A DNA stretch of 64,000 bases from the NCBI GenBank assembly GCA_964016885.1, contig OZ024758.1, forward strand, positions 2,604,001-2,668,000, written 5' to 3'. The position numbers and the translations under genes were made by a program. Shown piece by piece: positions 42,871-57,410 of the stretch. The notes beneath the pieces were generated by a model. It was given only the letters and a program-made list of their open reading frames with translations. It searched no databases and was not told where the DNA came from. Every line of letters starts with the position of its first letter. Positions within the stretch are counted from its first letter, which is position 1. The stretch is from Eledone cirrhosa. Its lineage: Eukaryota.

Positions 42871-42954
42871 TATTTGTTGTAAAGCAGAGCAGAAACCCTT
42901 ATAGCAGAGTTCTGGTAATTTAAGTTATTTATTTTGTTTTCATTCTTCACGATT

Positions 42955-43260
42955 TCAACAACAATAACAACAATACGCACAACAACCACCACAACAGCCA
43001 CCATCACCACCACCACTACAACAACCACCACGACAACAACAAGCACAACCACCACCGCCACCACCACCACAACAATCACAACAACAACAACCACAACAAC
43101 CACAACAACAACCTCCACCACAGCCACCACCACCAACACCACCGCCACTACAGCAACAACCACCACCACAACCAAAATCACAACCTCTACCACCACCACC
43201 ACCACCACCACCACTATCACAGCAACAAAATAAGCAGCAACAGCATCAACAACAATAACA
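42955..43260. repeat. (ACA/ACC)n trinucleotide repeat
   Basis: Directly visible. Confidence 0.9.
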
Positions 43261-43989
43261 GCTGATACATAATCCATAGTTTTTATATATTTAGATGAAA
43301 ATCAAACAGGATATCCGGAAAAGTTTGTAATATAATCAAATAAATTGAATTGTTTTAGTTCCGGTTGAATGAGTTTGATGTTTCTTCTTTTAAACTTTGT
43401 TATCGGCTTTAGCAAAGTTGCTCTGGTCAACAACAACAGCAACAACATCAACAAGAGCTGCTGCTTTTGTTACAACAACAACTACTACTACTACTGCTAC
43501 TATTACTACTACTGCTACTGCTACTACTACTAAATTATAACTAAGTTTAAAGTTGTTATTACTGTTTGTTTACTGCAGGGTCAATCCTGATCAAAGCAAA
43601 TGAAATATATCTCCAACCATGACCTTCCTGTTTATCTATGCAATGTTATGTATTATCACCCTCCTTTAACTCCATACCCAACTGATGCCACGCAATATAG
43701 GTTTATTCAGGCTGAACACCAAGCTTCTCTCAGTTCAAAGACTGACCTCCGTGGTAAGAAGCCACATCCTATATGAGGTGCCCCTAATATGGCTACCATA
43801 GGATAGTCTAGTAGAACAGGTCGGATATAGAAGAGGTGGTTTGTGTGACCACATAATATCCCTTGTCTCGGTAAATTACGAGGTTGATCCTACCGACGGA
43901 GACATGAGATTTAACCCTATTGGTAATTTCTTTTAACTCAAATTTCCAGGTTCTTAATTATTATGTCCCATAATTTCTTGAACAATTCT

Positions 43990-44086
43990 TTTAGTTCCAA
44001 GTTTAATACTGTACTTTAATACTTTAGTTCCAAGTTTAAAACTGTAACTTTAATACGTTAGTTCCAAGTTTAAAACTGTACTTTAA
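43990..44086. repeat. ~33-bp tandem repeat x3
   Basis: TTAGTTCCAAGTTTAA.ACTGTA(A)CTTTAATAC. Confidence 0.85.
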
Positions 44087-44109
44087 TGTTCTTTTCGGAG
44101 TCTACTTTA

Positions 44110-44848
44110 CTGCAATGCTCCAGTCTTTGTCTTTAATATGAGGAAAACTTCCCCGTTTCTACCCTTCACAGGGGCTATGGATGGAGTCAGTCTTCCATTT
44201 CTGACTGAGCAATTAAACAAACAAAGACACAAAATGCTCGGATATGTTACAATCTTTTCTGTTTTTTTCTTCGTCTCAACGATCAAAAGTTACAAAAAAA
44301 TTAATGTAATTTATTTTGGTTGTTCTGCATCATAACCATATCTTATCTCTATTCCTCTACTCTATAATCCGTTTGTACTAAGAAATCCCACAGGATCAGA
44401 TATGAATAATTTTCAATAACAATGTCTAGTTAGTGTTAATACTATTTTCATCTATACTATATTTAGATTTCTTACTATCAACATCATCCCAGAGTAACCC
44501 CACCTTCTTACTTTTTTTCATATTCCTTTGGCGCTAAGCTGCTCTTTATATTCACAGATTTTACACTTGATATTTTTGTGTACCTTGTCACACAAAGGAC
44601 ATTTACCTTGCTGGCTTCTATTTATTTTTACTAAATTAGTTCTAAAAAAATTATTGCAAAAGTGTGATTAAGTTATTTGTTTCCTTCTAAAATCCTCCAT
44701 CTGATTACTCGCTATATCTGATAAACAGACCATGTTAAACTTTTCAATCTAGCTTTCCATATTTTGGATATTCCTTTACTGCTTCAATGCATTTACCATT
44801 GTTTTCCCGGCTGCGCGTGTAGCACACTTTAGACTTGACCCAATATTA
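44110..44848 (-). pseudogene. Possible eroded LTR-retrotransposon gag/protease remnant
   Basis: Minus strand GKCPLCDKVHKNIKC (C-x2-C-x3-H-x4-C) at ~44563-44607; protease-like LIL..KTGA near 44115-44140; many stops. Confidence 0.35.
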
Positions 44849-44866
44849 TACTCTAGCTTCTAGTAA

Positions 44867-45055
44867 GGGCGGTGGATTGGCAGTATCGGTAGAGCGTTTG
44901 ACGCCATGCTTTGCAGCAAAGAGTTACGGCCCTTTATGGTCTGAGTTCAAATCTCACCGAGGTTAACTTTGCCTTTCATCCGTACGGCGTCGATAAAATA
45001 AAGTACCAGTAATACACTGGGATAATTGCTGGCTTTGTGCCAAAAGTAGAAACAT
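44867..45055 (+). mobile_element. tRNA-derived SINE with 12-bp TSD
   Basis: Full copy; TACTCTAGCTTC at 44849-44860 and 45059-45070. Confidence 0.92.
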
Positions 45056-45221
45056 TTCTACTCTAGCTTCATGATCTGTAAATGTACTGCGTCTGATACG
45101 TCGAGTAATATCGTTTCTCCTTCTTTGTTATTCATATATATATCGTTTGTTATATTGTTTGTATATTTTTTATTCTTAACAGCTTTCTGATGTGATTATT
45201 GTCCATTTCAGCTACACCATG

Positions 45222-45490
45222 CACGGACCCGTAACAGCTGACCTTCCCCGTAAAATCAGAATGACATCAGCCCGTCTGAGGAAGGAGCCTTGCGACGTGA
45301 AGTGGCTGTTGTAGGCGGTATCGCTGGCCATTATCCGCGGTAATGCACAACAGTCTAATTTGTTTTGCCTCCCATGACACCAAACCACCGACTTTCTGCC
45401 GCACAGAATCCAGTCAGCTCATATATACTTCCGTCCGCACCACAGGGTTGAAAATCCGTCTGGTAAAACGCGCGTCCTCAACTATGGTTT
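45222..45490 (+). mobile_element. 3' remnant of a CRE-like (restriction-like endonuclease) non-LTR element
   Basis: HGPVTADLPRKIRMTSARLRKEPCDVKWLL*AVSLAIIRGNAQ resembles the C-terminal (Q)RLSVAIQRGNA motif of that clade; GC-rich island. Confidence 0.6.
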
Positions 45491-46320
45491 GCTAATTTGT
45501 TGTGGAACCCCCCCCCCCCCACCTCTCTCTGTTTATATATATATATATATATATATATGTATAATCATACCGTATTTCTTTAGAAATGCGAAATTTCTAT
45601 ACATACATATATATATATATATATGCATGCAGACATACACAACATACAGACATAAATATAGGCTTAAGTGTATTTCAGACAATATATCTATATATATATA
45701 TATATATGTATATATGTGTGTGTGTGTTTATCTTCTCTTTGCACATCTTCCCACACTGCTCATATCTCTTGACCTTTTAATAAATTATACTTTCAACATC
45801 ATTACTTATTAATCCATTAGCAAAAGGCTGCTACAGACAAAAGCTTCTTTATAACACATGTTAATATATAGGGAAAGATTAAGTAAGAGATGTTCAGCTT
45901 AAAGATAAGTGGTAGTTTAACATTGTTAGACGTAAGAAAATTTAACATATGAAACCTGATCGCTCTGCTACGTAGAAATAGCAGCCATGTTGATTAAAAT
46001 TTTATCCTTCTGTTTTTAAAATGAAAGAACTCATTCAAATGTGTATTTTAAGATATACAAGAAAAAGGAGTTCGCATGATTGAAATATCTTTGTTTATAT
46101 CACTGCTCTATCAGAGCTGATTTGGGAGTAAATTTAATAAAACAGCATTTAAAAGGGGTAATGACGCCATTACTTATAATATAACGTGTATCTATATTAC
46201 ATTATCCTTTCCGTTTTTAGATGATAAGGTATGATTTGAGAGAATTTGGCTGCTAGATCTAGTAGGTTAAGCAACCAGATAGAGGCTGCATCATTAGCTC
46301 ATTTCATTGTGAGTTTCACA

Positions 46321-46504
46321 TGGATTGGCAGTTTCGGTAGAGGGTCGGACGCCATGTTTGAAGCATAGAGTTACGGTCCTTTACGATCTGAGTTCAAATC
46401 TCGCCGAAGTTAACGTTGCCTTTCATCCTTACGTAGTCGATAAATTAAAGTACCAGTAATGCACTGGGGTAATTGCAGGTCTTGTGCCGAAAGTAGAAAC
46501 AATT
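46321..46504 (+). mobile_element. tRNA-derived SINE
   Basis: Full copy. Confidence 0.9.
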
Positions 46505-46688
46505 ATAGCAGAATCTGGAGAACGTCTGAATATCATTTATGGCATTCATTTAGATTATTTAACGTTCGAAGATTAAATAGACACAGACGTGGCTATGGAG
46601 TTAAACAATTTAGCAGCTTCATTGTTTTCATTGTGCGGTACCCCAAGGCAATTAAGTGTCTTTCAACACAGCTACGTGTCGATCAAAG

Positions 46689-46731
<43 letters not shown>

Positions 46732-46734
46732 TAC

Positions 46735-46779
<45 letters not shown>

Positions 46780-46802
46780 CATATATATATATATATACAT
46801 AT

Positions 46803-46833
<31 letters not shown>

Positions 46834-46838
46834 CATAT

Positions 46839-46869
<31 letters not shown>

Positions 46870-46874
46870 CATAT

Positions 46875-46915
<41 letters not shown>

Positions 46916-47092
46916 TATGGTAGTGAAAGAGTGAAGAATAATATGGACGTCTGTAAAAAAAGGGTTTTATTTACAATATTAACAATTGTTTCATTGATCA
47001 GGTGAGTCAAACAACTCCGTACGTTAAAACTATCCACAGTACAGAGCACTCACAACCTCCAACTAGATTACCTAAAACGATATTAACTTGTT

Positions 47093-47124
<32 letters not shown>

Positions 47125-47284
47125 CACGTGTGTGTGCGTGTGGGTGTGCGTGTGCGTGTGCGTGTGTGTGTGTGTGTGCGTGTGTGTGTGTGTGTTGGTA
47201 AAAGGTAAACAGAAATAACAACACAGTTGGTATAGTATAAGGAAGGAATATATTAAGTTAACGCTTGAAATAGTAGGAAGAGGG

Positions 47285-47320
47285 TCTGAACATTTCGGAC
47301 GCTAGTCCTTCACCAGAAGA
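47285..47320 (-). ncRNA. Minimal type I hammerhead motif, one core substitution
   Basis: Minus strand TCT-T-CTGGTGA-A-GGAC-TAGC-GTCC-GAAA-TGT-TC-AGA (CUGAUGA changed to CUGGUGA). Confidence 0.6.
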
Positions 47321-47434
47321 AATAATGTGAAATTAGAAAGATTGAAGGGACGGATATATATACACACACACACACACACACAGATACACACACATACATA
47401 TATATATTTACATACATACATAACATACATACAT

Positions 47435-47495
<61 letters not shown>

Positions 47496-47962
47496 AAAGA
47501 CTTTATAACAATGTTTGAAATCAATGTAAACTTGTTCTTCAAACAGGCTGAAAAGGAAATGCGTTTAAATTTTTGGTAGCTTAAACACACACACACACAT
47601 GTAAATCTACGTCTAGATATTTCTTGGTTAGCGCTTTGTCAATAACTACACTGGTTTGTGCATTACTACACTGGTTTGGTAGCTTGGTGAATAACCTCGC
47701 GTGGTCACAGTTCACACATAACTATGCTTATGAGACTTGCTTTTCACACAGTACTGTTTCAAAGTATTGACTTTAATATGATATTTCTAACATCGATTAG
47801 ATAAAGTTTCAAATAGAAATGTTTATGTCTCGACAGTAAACTACGTGAATATCTAAAGGAAATTTTTTTACTATACTCTTAATGTATTTTCTAGCCAGAA
47901 GTATATATATCAAATATCTCTGATCTTTCACGTGAGATATATATATATATGTGTGTGTATAT

Positions 47963-48066
<104 letters not shown>

Positions 48067-49015
48067 AACACATATAGGCATATATCTTCCCCCCTTTATG
48101 TATATGTAAATATATATATATATATATAAATATATTTATATATAAATATATATATACAAAGATTTTATTATCCACTCTACTACCCCAAGTTTCGAGTACT
48201 CTGGTCGGTTATGGCTAGGGTTAGGGTTTCACACCACACCCTATCTGATATATATATATATATATGTATGTATGTCTCTCTCTATATATATATGTATATA
48301 TATCTCTCTCTCTATATATATATATACATACATATATACATATATGTGTGTGTGTGTATTCGTGTGTGTATTTATGTACGTATATGTGCGTTTGAGTATG
48401 TGTGTGATCTTTCATAGCGCAATGCACAGTATGTCGAGGATAATTTAGTGAGAGACATTTTTTAAAATAAACATACAATTTCAACCTCGCTATGAAATAT
48501 AAACAATGGGTTTTCACAACAGATTTTATCTTTTCGTGGGAAGAAAAAGGAGAATTCATTTTATTGCAATCTAGCCTAGTTTATGTAGCAATTTCACAAA
48601 AAAGGAACGCAAATTCAGTTCACGGAGAAATTAATAGCTAATAGCTTTTAATACTGCATACGTGGGAATCACTTAAAGTGGTTATACATATTTGAATAAC
48701 AATGCAGACGTTGTCAGCGGAGAATAATTAACTATTTGATTCATATTGCATTATGAGTAGACCTAAGCTAGTAATTTTTCTGTGGATATAAACTGGCGAT
48801 TCATTCACTGCTGAATGTCTGTGTAGACCAAACAATTACCAGATTGTGATTGCATTTTCTCCCTCGGAGTGTTAATATCTACGTTGTAGCAACTTGATTT
48901 GCTTTTCACAATAAGGTTAAAATTATTTGTTTACTAACAAAAGGTATACCTCCATTAACGTCCACTAAATAGACAAAACACAAAAGATATATAATATGTT
49001 ACGAACATTTGAATG

Positions 49016-49227
49016 ATTTCTAGTATAAGCACAAGGCCAGTAAGCTGGGGGGAATGGAAAGTCGATTGAATCGACCTCAGTACGTTCCCGGTGTTTTATT
49101 TCATCGACCCCGTAAGGATGAAAGGTAAAGTTAGCCTCAACGGGATTTGAACTCAGACCGCAAAGGACCGTCACTCTATGCTGCAAAGCATGGCGTCTGA
49201 CTCTACCGATACTGCCGATCCACCGCC
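49016..49227 (-). mobile_element. tRNA-derived SINE (long-tail variant)
   Basis: Full reverse-complement copy. Confidence 0.88.
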
Positions 49228-49962
49228 AGTTGAATTAATATTAATTAATTCACGCTATCTGGGAATGCACTACTATACAAAATTACACTGACTATAAAGA
49301 CAAATCATAGTAATATACATTATAGATAGCTATAAATATCCACTGCTCGATCCGTTGAGGTTTTCTCAGATGTTGTTCAACAAAGACTAAACACTATTTA
49401 GATAGATGTCAAATTTTATCTGTAGGAAGATAAAAACCAGATCTGTAACAACTTTGGATAATTTTTAGCCCGGTGAGGCTAGAAATTGTATGTTTCTTAA
49501 AAGTAGAATGCTTTATATACATACACATTATATATAAATATTTATAGAAAGGTAGGTAGATCGATAGACAGAGAGAGAGTCTGCAGCGCTGGGATCTGGG
49601 AGACCACTAATCATGGGAGCACTCTCTATGTATATATATATATATATATATATCTGTATAAACACATACATATATATATATATACAAACATATACATACA
49701 TACATATATCTATGCATATATATATATGTACATATATATATATATGTATATATATGTATATATATATATATTTAAATATATATATATATATTTGTGTGTG
49801 TGTGTTTTGTGTGTGTATGCATGTATATATGTCTGAATGTGTATGTAAAATGTAAACAGAAATAACAACACAATCGGTACAATGTTTATATAAATATGTA
49901 TATATGCATACCTATATACACATAAACATATATATATATTTATATAAACATTTATATAAACA

Positions 49963-50002
<40 letters not shown>

Positions 50003-50379
50003 TATACACACACATGCATCTCCACATCTCTACATCTTTACATGCCTGTATACATTTCTTTACATTCTGCTTTGCTTACCTGATACAATCTTTATAAACA
50101 CATTTATATATGATGTGTACGCTGTTTATACAAGAGGAAAATAGTTATCTATTTGTTCCATCATTCCATCCAGCCATTTATTTATACTTCAACTACTCAT
50201 CGTAAGTAGCTATTTATCTTGGCAGTTTGTCTATCTGAAGTATTATGTTTTGATAAAGAAAAGTCAGTTTTGTTTAACAAATTGAAGATATATATTTTCT
50301 ACCATTAGATTTTTTAAACACCACACATCAGTTTCTAATTTCTTACTCTCAAATATAAATCAAAGAGAATTCTTAAAGA

Positions 50380-50399
50380 TTATATATTATATATATATT

Positions 50400-50455
<56 letters not shown>

Positions 50456-50960
50456 CATACATATATATATATTATACATATATATATATATATATTATAC
50501 ATATATATATATATATATTATACATATATATATATATCATACATATATATATATATATTATACATATATATATATATCATACATATATATATATATATAT
50601 CATACATATATATATATATATCATACATATATATATATATATCATATATATATATATCATACATATATATATCATACATATATATATATATTATACATAT
50701 ATATCATACATATATATATATATATATCATACATATATATATATATATTATACATATATATATATATATATATATCATACATATATATATATATCATACA
50801 TATATATATATATTATACATATATATCATACATATATATATATCATACATATATATATATATCATACATATATATTATACATATATATATATATATATAT
50901 TATACATATATATATATATATTATACATATATATATAAATATTTATATATATATACACTA
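50380..50960. repeat. [(TA)n-TCATACA/TTATACA] compound microsatellite
   Basis: Directly visible. Confidence 0.9.
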
Positions 50961-51010
50961 TATATTATATATCTATCTATCTATCTATCTATCTATGTAT
51001 CTCTCTCTCT

Positions 51011-51049
<39 letters not shown>

Positions 51050-51100
51050 CTATATATATAATATATAGTGGATATATATATATATATATACACACATATA

Positions 51101-51142
<42 letters not shown>

Positions 51143-51521
51143 CTATATTCATATGTAAAATAACTAAATGTCATATAGAAATTCAGAATATAATTAGTTA
51201 CTTTTTTAATATTCATGAATTCAAAAATATATGACCGTGTGTGTGTGTATATGTGTGTCTTTATGTGTGTATATGTGTGTGTTTATGTGTATATATGTGT
51301 GTGTGTATACGTGTGTGTTTATCTGTGTGTCTGTGTATTTGTGTGTTTATGTGTGTGTATACGTGTGTATGCGTGTGTGAGTGTTTTCGGGTTCCTGTAT
51401 CTATGGCTCTATCAACTTATATATCTCTATGCAGCTGAATCCTAACTAACTCCTTACACAAAACAGACACACACACACACACATATATATGTATATATAT
51501 ATATATATATATATGTATGCA

Positions 51522-51870
51522 CACCTATTGAACAAAACTCACCAACTGTAATTCACATAAAAACACCCTTCACGCACACTTATATACACACACTCTTACA
51601 CATAAACTCACACACACACTCACACACATATTCACACACAGACACACACACACATATACAAACACATATATATATATACCTATTGAACGAAACTCACCAA
51701 CTGTAATTCGCATAAGAACACTCATCACACATACATACACTCACACACACACACTCACACACTCACACACACACACACACACACATTCACCTGCACACTC
51801 ACACATACATACAAACAAATATATACACACTTATAGAACGAAACTCACCAACTATAATTCACATAAAAGC
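51522..51870. repeat. ~45-bp unit x3 separated by variable (CA)/(TA) spacers
   Basis: TAT.GAAC.AAACTCACCAACT.TAATTC.CATAA at ~51525, 51681, 51832. Confidence 0.8.
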
Positions 51871-51877
51871 ACTATTT

Positions 51878-51922
<45 letters not shown>

Positions 51923-52599
51923 ATATATATACACATAGCTACAATATTTATGGTGATTTTTCGGCATATTGCATAACAAAATTTTAAATATTCACAGTAA
52001 ATATTTGTGTGCCAAACGCAAACATATGAATACAGAGTTGTTATTTTTTTTTACTCATTGGTATGACGCTGCATAAAAATTATATTTTGTAGCATAAATT
52101 TATAATATTCAGGCAAGGCAAAAAGAAAACATCTTTGGCTATAAATCACAAGGAGAAATAATCCTGTTAGCTGCCTGAAGAAAAATATGAAGTGATTCGT
52201 TCAAAATCATTAAAAAATATATATTTCTTTACATTCATGAAATATTCTATTTTAAATGTAAATAATTTAAATAAAACGAACAAATTAAGCTAAAATATAA
52301 TTTCGTTTTGAATTAATACAGTCACATATTCTTTGTGTATTTCAATGTAAAATTGAAATCTAAATTGCTGATTCCAATAACTGCTGAAATAAATAAATTC
52401 TTTGAGTTTATCTTTTCATTGTATACCACAAGAATATGGTAGGTGTTTTGAATAATAAAACTGGTCGGTCCAACTGTGAGAAATTTCAAAGAATGAAATG
52501 TAAGTAAAACAAGAAGAGGAGAGGAAAAAGAAGCAAATTGTGTTTAATGGTATAACTGTCGCTTGGAATCAACTAGAACTGTGTATTCAGTTGGAATTC

Positions 52600-52905
52600 T
52601 ATTAGTGTAATTAGACGACTGCAGAGAAACATTAGATATCAGTTATATAGTGTTCAACATTACTAGAGGTTTGCTCTGCAGAGAAAAATCAGAGATCAAG
52701 TATATATTCACAGTTACTAGAGGTTTGCTCTGCTGAGAAACATCAGAGCTCAACTGTGTAGTGTCCATTATTACTAGCGGTTTGCTCTGCTGAGAAACGT
52801 CAGAGCTCAACTGTATAGTGTTCAAGATTACTAGAGGTTTGCTCTGCAGAGAAAAATCAGAGCTCAACTGTGTAGTATTCACGATTACTAGAGGTTTGCT
52901 CTGCA
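52600..52905. repeat. ~57-bp minisatellite, ~5 copies
   Basis: TTACTAGAGGTTTGCTCTGC.GAGAAA..TCAGAGCTCAACTGT.TAGT. Confidence 0.9.
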
Positions 52906-53377
52906 GCAGATTTTCAAGTTAATACTTTGCCCTGGGCAAACCGGTAAGAACGACTTCAATCAAGGACTTCTGGAGTAATATGGGCAGGGTGAGAATCTCA
53001 GACGTTCTACTGTGGAATAACTATCTGAAATGGTTAGTGTAAGGCCTGGAGATGCAGGTGGACATTGGTGAGAACGACATGAATGTGTGACGAGAGGAAG
53101 AGAAAGGAATATGAGAAGAACATAATTGAGAAATCGTGGCTTGAGACTAGCTAACTTTGAATAATAGAAGCCACTAAAGTTGAAGAAATTGGCTGAGTGA
53201 GGAAACCAGTAGGTCTGTGCTCCAGAAGATGCAGTTTGTTGGGGAACGATATTATACTAATCAAAGCAAGAGGAGTCAATCTAGATAAAACATATTTATC
53301 TTGGCGTTTCGTCGTTATCGAGAATATTTCAAAGTTGTTTAATCATGCCTGTACCTTCCTATGTTTGAGATTAAATA

Positions 53378-53695
53378 TTGGTTTCTGATTTAGACACAAG
53401 GTCAACAATTTTTGAGAAGGGAAAGTCAATTCAATCGACCCCAGTACATTACTGTACTTTATTTTATCGACCCTATAAGAATGAAAGATTACATATTGGT
53501 TTCTTATATAGGCACAAGGCGAGCAATTTTGGGGGAGGGAAAAGTCGATTAAATCGACCCCACTGCGTGACTGGTACTTTATTTTATCGACCCCGTAAGG
53601 ATGAAAGGCAAAGTTAATCTCGGCGGGATTTGAACTCAGATCATGGAGGGCCGTAACTCTATGCCATGAAGCATGTTGTCCAACGCTGTACCGAC
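53378..53695 (-). mobile_element. Long-tail SINE plus tandem partial duplicate
   Basis: Two successive ATTGGTTTC...CACAAGG...AATCGACCCCA...TTTATTTTATCGACCC blocks; another partial copy (+) at 53944-54041. Confidence 0.85.
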
Positions 53696-54518
53696 ATTGA
53701 TTGGTCACCGGATAGGCATAGAATCTTCGGGCTTTTGGCATAGATGCGGCAGGATTTCCTCAGATTTGAAAGTGGATCAAACTGACAAGCATCCACTTAT
53801 CTCCCATCGAATATTCGGGAATATTATAGCGTAAAGCTACTTAATATGACTGTAAGTTAATAATTTGATCTCATCCGCACGTTTAGTAAACATATTCATC
53901 ACGAAAATTACGTTTGCCCTCTTTCAAGATGTGAATAATTCAACGCCGAGGTTAACTTTGCCTTTCATCCTTACGGGGTTGATAAAATAAAGTACCAGTA
54001 ATGTACTGGGTATTTGCTGGCCTTGTGCCAAAAGAAGAAATAATTAATTACGACCTTGTATCAATGTGGAAATAAATTGTGTGATACATAATTATATTGA
54101 AATCTAAAATGTAAGTCGTTGTGGTCTTGATATCCCTGCTGTTTCCCTGTATCATCTGTTTCATGCTATAATATATTTAAACCGAAAAACTGAACTCAGA
54201 ATATCTTTGCCTCATTGCTGATGAAGCGAGTAAGTCATCATATACATCTATGATCTCAACCGTTAGAAACACACGCTGTTTCAATAATGGGTACACTTTC
54301 ATTTCAATATATGGTTTAGCTTACTTTCAAGAGCCATATCGTTTTTCTTACACTTTCATCCTCTCCATCTCTCTCTTCCTTATGTATGTATGTATGTATG
54401 TATATATGTATGTATGTACGTATGTATATATGTATGTATATCTCTCTTTCTCTTAATTTCGAGTACATTTTTGACCGGCCACCATCCTGGTGGCAAAGTT
54501 GTAAAAGAAAAGAAATTA

Positions 54519-54797
54519 TCATCCCTTGAATCGCAAGAATGTTTTGCAGATTTTTAAGATGCCAGCTATCGCAGCCATTTGTAGTCTATGAATTTGGGAT
54601 CTGTGTTCTTTGTCCACAAATCCAAGTTCAGTTATACTTTGGTCCAAACGGGTTGGTATATAACCTGTAGCTCCAATAATGATGAGTATGAAGCTGAAGG
54701 TATATCTTGGATACTGGATCTGCAAACTCCTCATTAATGACCCGCACATATCCTTCTCTTGTATTTTTCTTACAACATTGACATCAAGTGGGCAACT
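54519..54797 (-). pseudogene. C-terminal restriction-like endonuclease fragment of an R4/Dong-type non-LTR retrotransposon
   Basis: SCPLDVNVVRKIQEK..L..L...YP.Y....IIIGATGYIP..L......LG...LQMAAIAGILKICKTFL* fits the R4/Dong C-terminus; its 5' end abuts (TACA)n. Confidence 0.75.
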
Positions 54798-57090
54798 TGT
54801 ATGTATGTATGTATGTATGTATGTATGTATGTATGTATGTATGTATGTATGTATGTATGTATATATGTACGTGTGTGTGTCTATGTATGTATATATATAT
54901 AAGTATGTATGTATACATGAATTTATGCATGCATATACACAGCCGGTCAAATGTTCAGTACTTCTACGTAACCGCGAGCTCTATGTGTATAAATAAAAAC
55001 CAAAGAAGCCGATCATCAGATTGAACCAAGGACACAATGTTTCCATTTGACATTCTATTGCTGATGCTATCTGCCCGAGTCAAGTCTTGACAGAAAGAAG
55101 CGTGATCTGAACTCAAAACCTACGGAACTGGTTCAGATACCACAAACCATCCTGTACGTCTCTTTTAACAATTCCGCCCATCAATCACTCTTGGTCTGGT
55201 GATTTACCTATCGACCCTAAAAAGATGAAAAGTAATGTTGAACACGGCAGAATTTAAATTCAGGGCGAACAAAGCCAGAATGGAACCCGTTATCGACCCC
55301 GTTAAGAATAAAAGCTAAGATGAACTCGGCAGAATTTAAATACAGAGCGAAGAGAGTCGAAGTTAGCCGAAGAGAGTCGAAAACGCTCTAATGACCAAGA
55401 GGTATAATTAAGAGGAAATATAATCTGGTTTTTATGTATAATACAGTTCATACCTGGAGGCTGAAGATAATTTCTTCATATCTTCATATATAAGGATTCA
55501 CTAATATGAAGATTTCGTTGAAGAAAAAATAAACTCGTACAATAACTGTCTTTTTTTTACATTCAAAATCTTTATTAAGAAGTTGAGAATTAAGATTATC
55601 AAGTTTTATCGTTATCATCAGCCAATCGGCTTGTCTAGTACTGATAACTACTACTTCTTCCCTCGGGAGTTACAGAACCATACTGTTCTTCTTCTTCTTC
55701 TTCTTTGTTTACTACTCCCCCCCACCCTCGGGAGTTACATAACCGTACTGTTTACATACGAAGCTGTTTAATATGTTTCTAATTTAGACAGGATTAATTG
55801 TCAGAGGCCCTATGGCCTAATGGCTAGAGAATTCAGCCTGCATTGTGAGGTACTGAGTTTGGTTATTCTTAGCGGATGTTAGCACCCATTCCCGTCTCTA
55901 GGGTTAAAACAAGGTTTTCTAAGCTTTCGTTTATCGCAGTCGACTGTAACTACATTTATTTTCTGAATTTTGGATTCCTATATTTAGGAATTTGAAATCT
56001 AACAAAACGCTTCGATACTTCATATTTACAATGTTGTATACACACACAGACAAAGAAGCACACACACTCACACATACACAGGCACAGATACAACATACAG
56101 ACACACACACAGGCATCCATACACACAGACGCAGACATAGAAACACATAAACAAACACACACACACACATTATATATATATACATATACATACATATGGC
56201 ATTTGCTCGAAAAATAGTGAACATTTCGAAGAAGAAAATGTACGGCAAACGTTTCCGTTTTCCATCACAACACACAACATGGCAGCTATTTCTTTTATTA
56301 AAAAAACAATTCTAATGTTTCCTTTGTGTTACTATGTCTTACCGATCTTATATATTTTCTTCTTACATTTGAAATACATCGAACATTTCAACATTTATTA
56401 CTATGCTAGGAAATTTATTGAACATTTAAATTTTCTGCCATATTTTTTTCCACTATGAAACTTTTCCCTGATTGTTTTTTTTTGTCTTTTAAAATGCTCA
56501 TCCCATCTATTTCAATATTTAAAATAAGACAAATAATAAAAAAGAGAAACCGGTCTGGAATCGTAAATTTAATAAACACAAAAATAAATATAAAAATTAT
56601 TTAAGTGCATTTGCAACCTAAAAATCATTCCTTATATACATGGAGTAAAACCAATGTGAGGAATAAAACCAATTTTTCCTTTGTCTCTCATTCCTCAGAT
56701 TTAGTAGGTAACAAATCTATATTTGGTAGGTATAACTATATTCCTTTGACGAAAGTCTATATTTTATCATTTTCATAATATCTTATGTTTTAATTCAGTC
56801 ACGAGTTTGTTGCTTAGATAATTCTAGTCGTTATTATTTTATGTATGTATTACTGTATCTGTCGAAATATATCTGTACATTTTTCTGTCTATCTTTTGTT
56901 GTGATATTATCTCACATACATCATATCTACAGAGTGTTTCTCAAATTTCTCGCTCTAAAATAGATTAGAAGTGGCATAATGTGTGAAATTGCACACCACA
57001 AGGTGGCTGATGAAATAGTTATGCAGTTGTCTGTTTCTATTATCTAACTGTTTTTAATGAGCATTTTATGCTGATACACACACATACACA

Positions 57091-57132
<42 letters not shown>

Positions 57133-57410
57133 CTCGTGTATATATATATATATATATATATATAATAAGGATGCTATACTGTTATATCATTCGTTTATTA
57201 CTATTATTATCATAATACTCCAGATAAAATTTACTTGTCGAGTTATATATATATATATAAATAAGGAGTTGACGGACCCAGCATATTTATCAATGCCAGG
57301 ACCGGTTCTATCTCAGCGTACTCAATAGGCAATGTAAGATACATTCCCAGAGTATACACCTAGTTATTCGCTTCAATACAACACACGTAAAACGGGTGCC
57401 TGTAATAGTT

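Noticed and set aside
54217-54275. CTGATGA...GAAAC possible hammerhead (similar words at 34745, 34813, 55012, 57008)
   Set aside because: No convincing stem II or UH cleavage site
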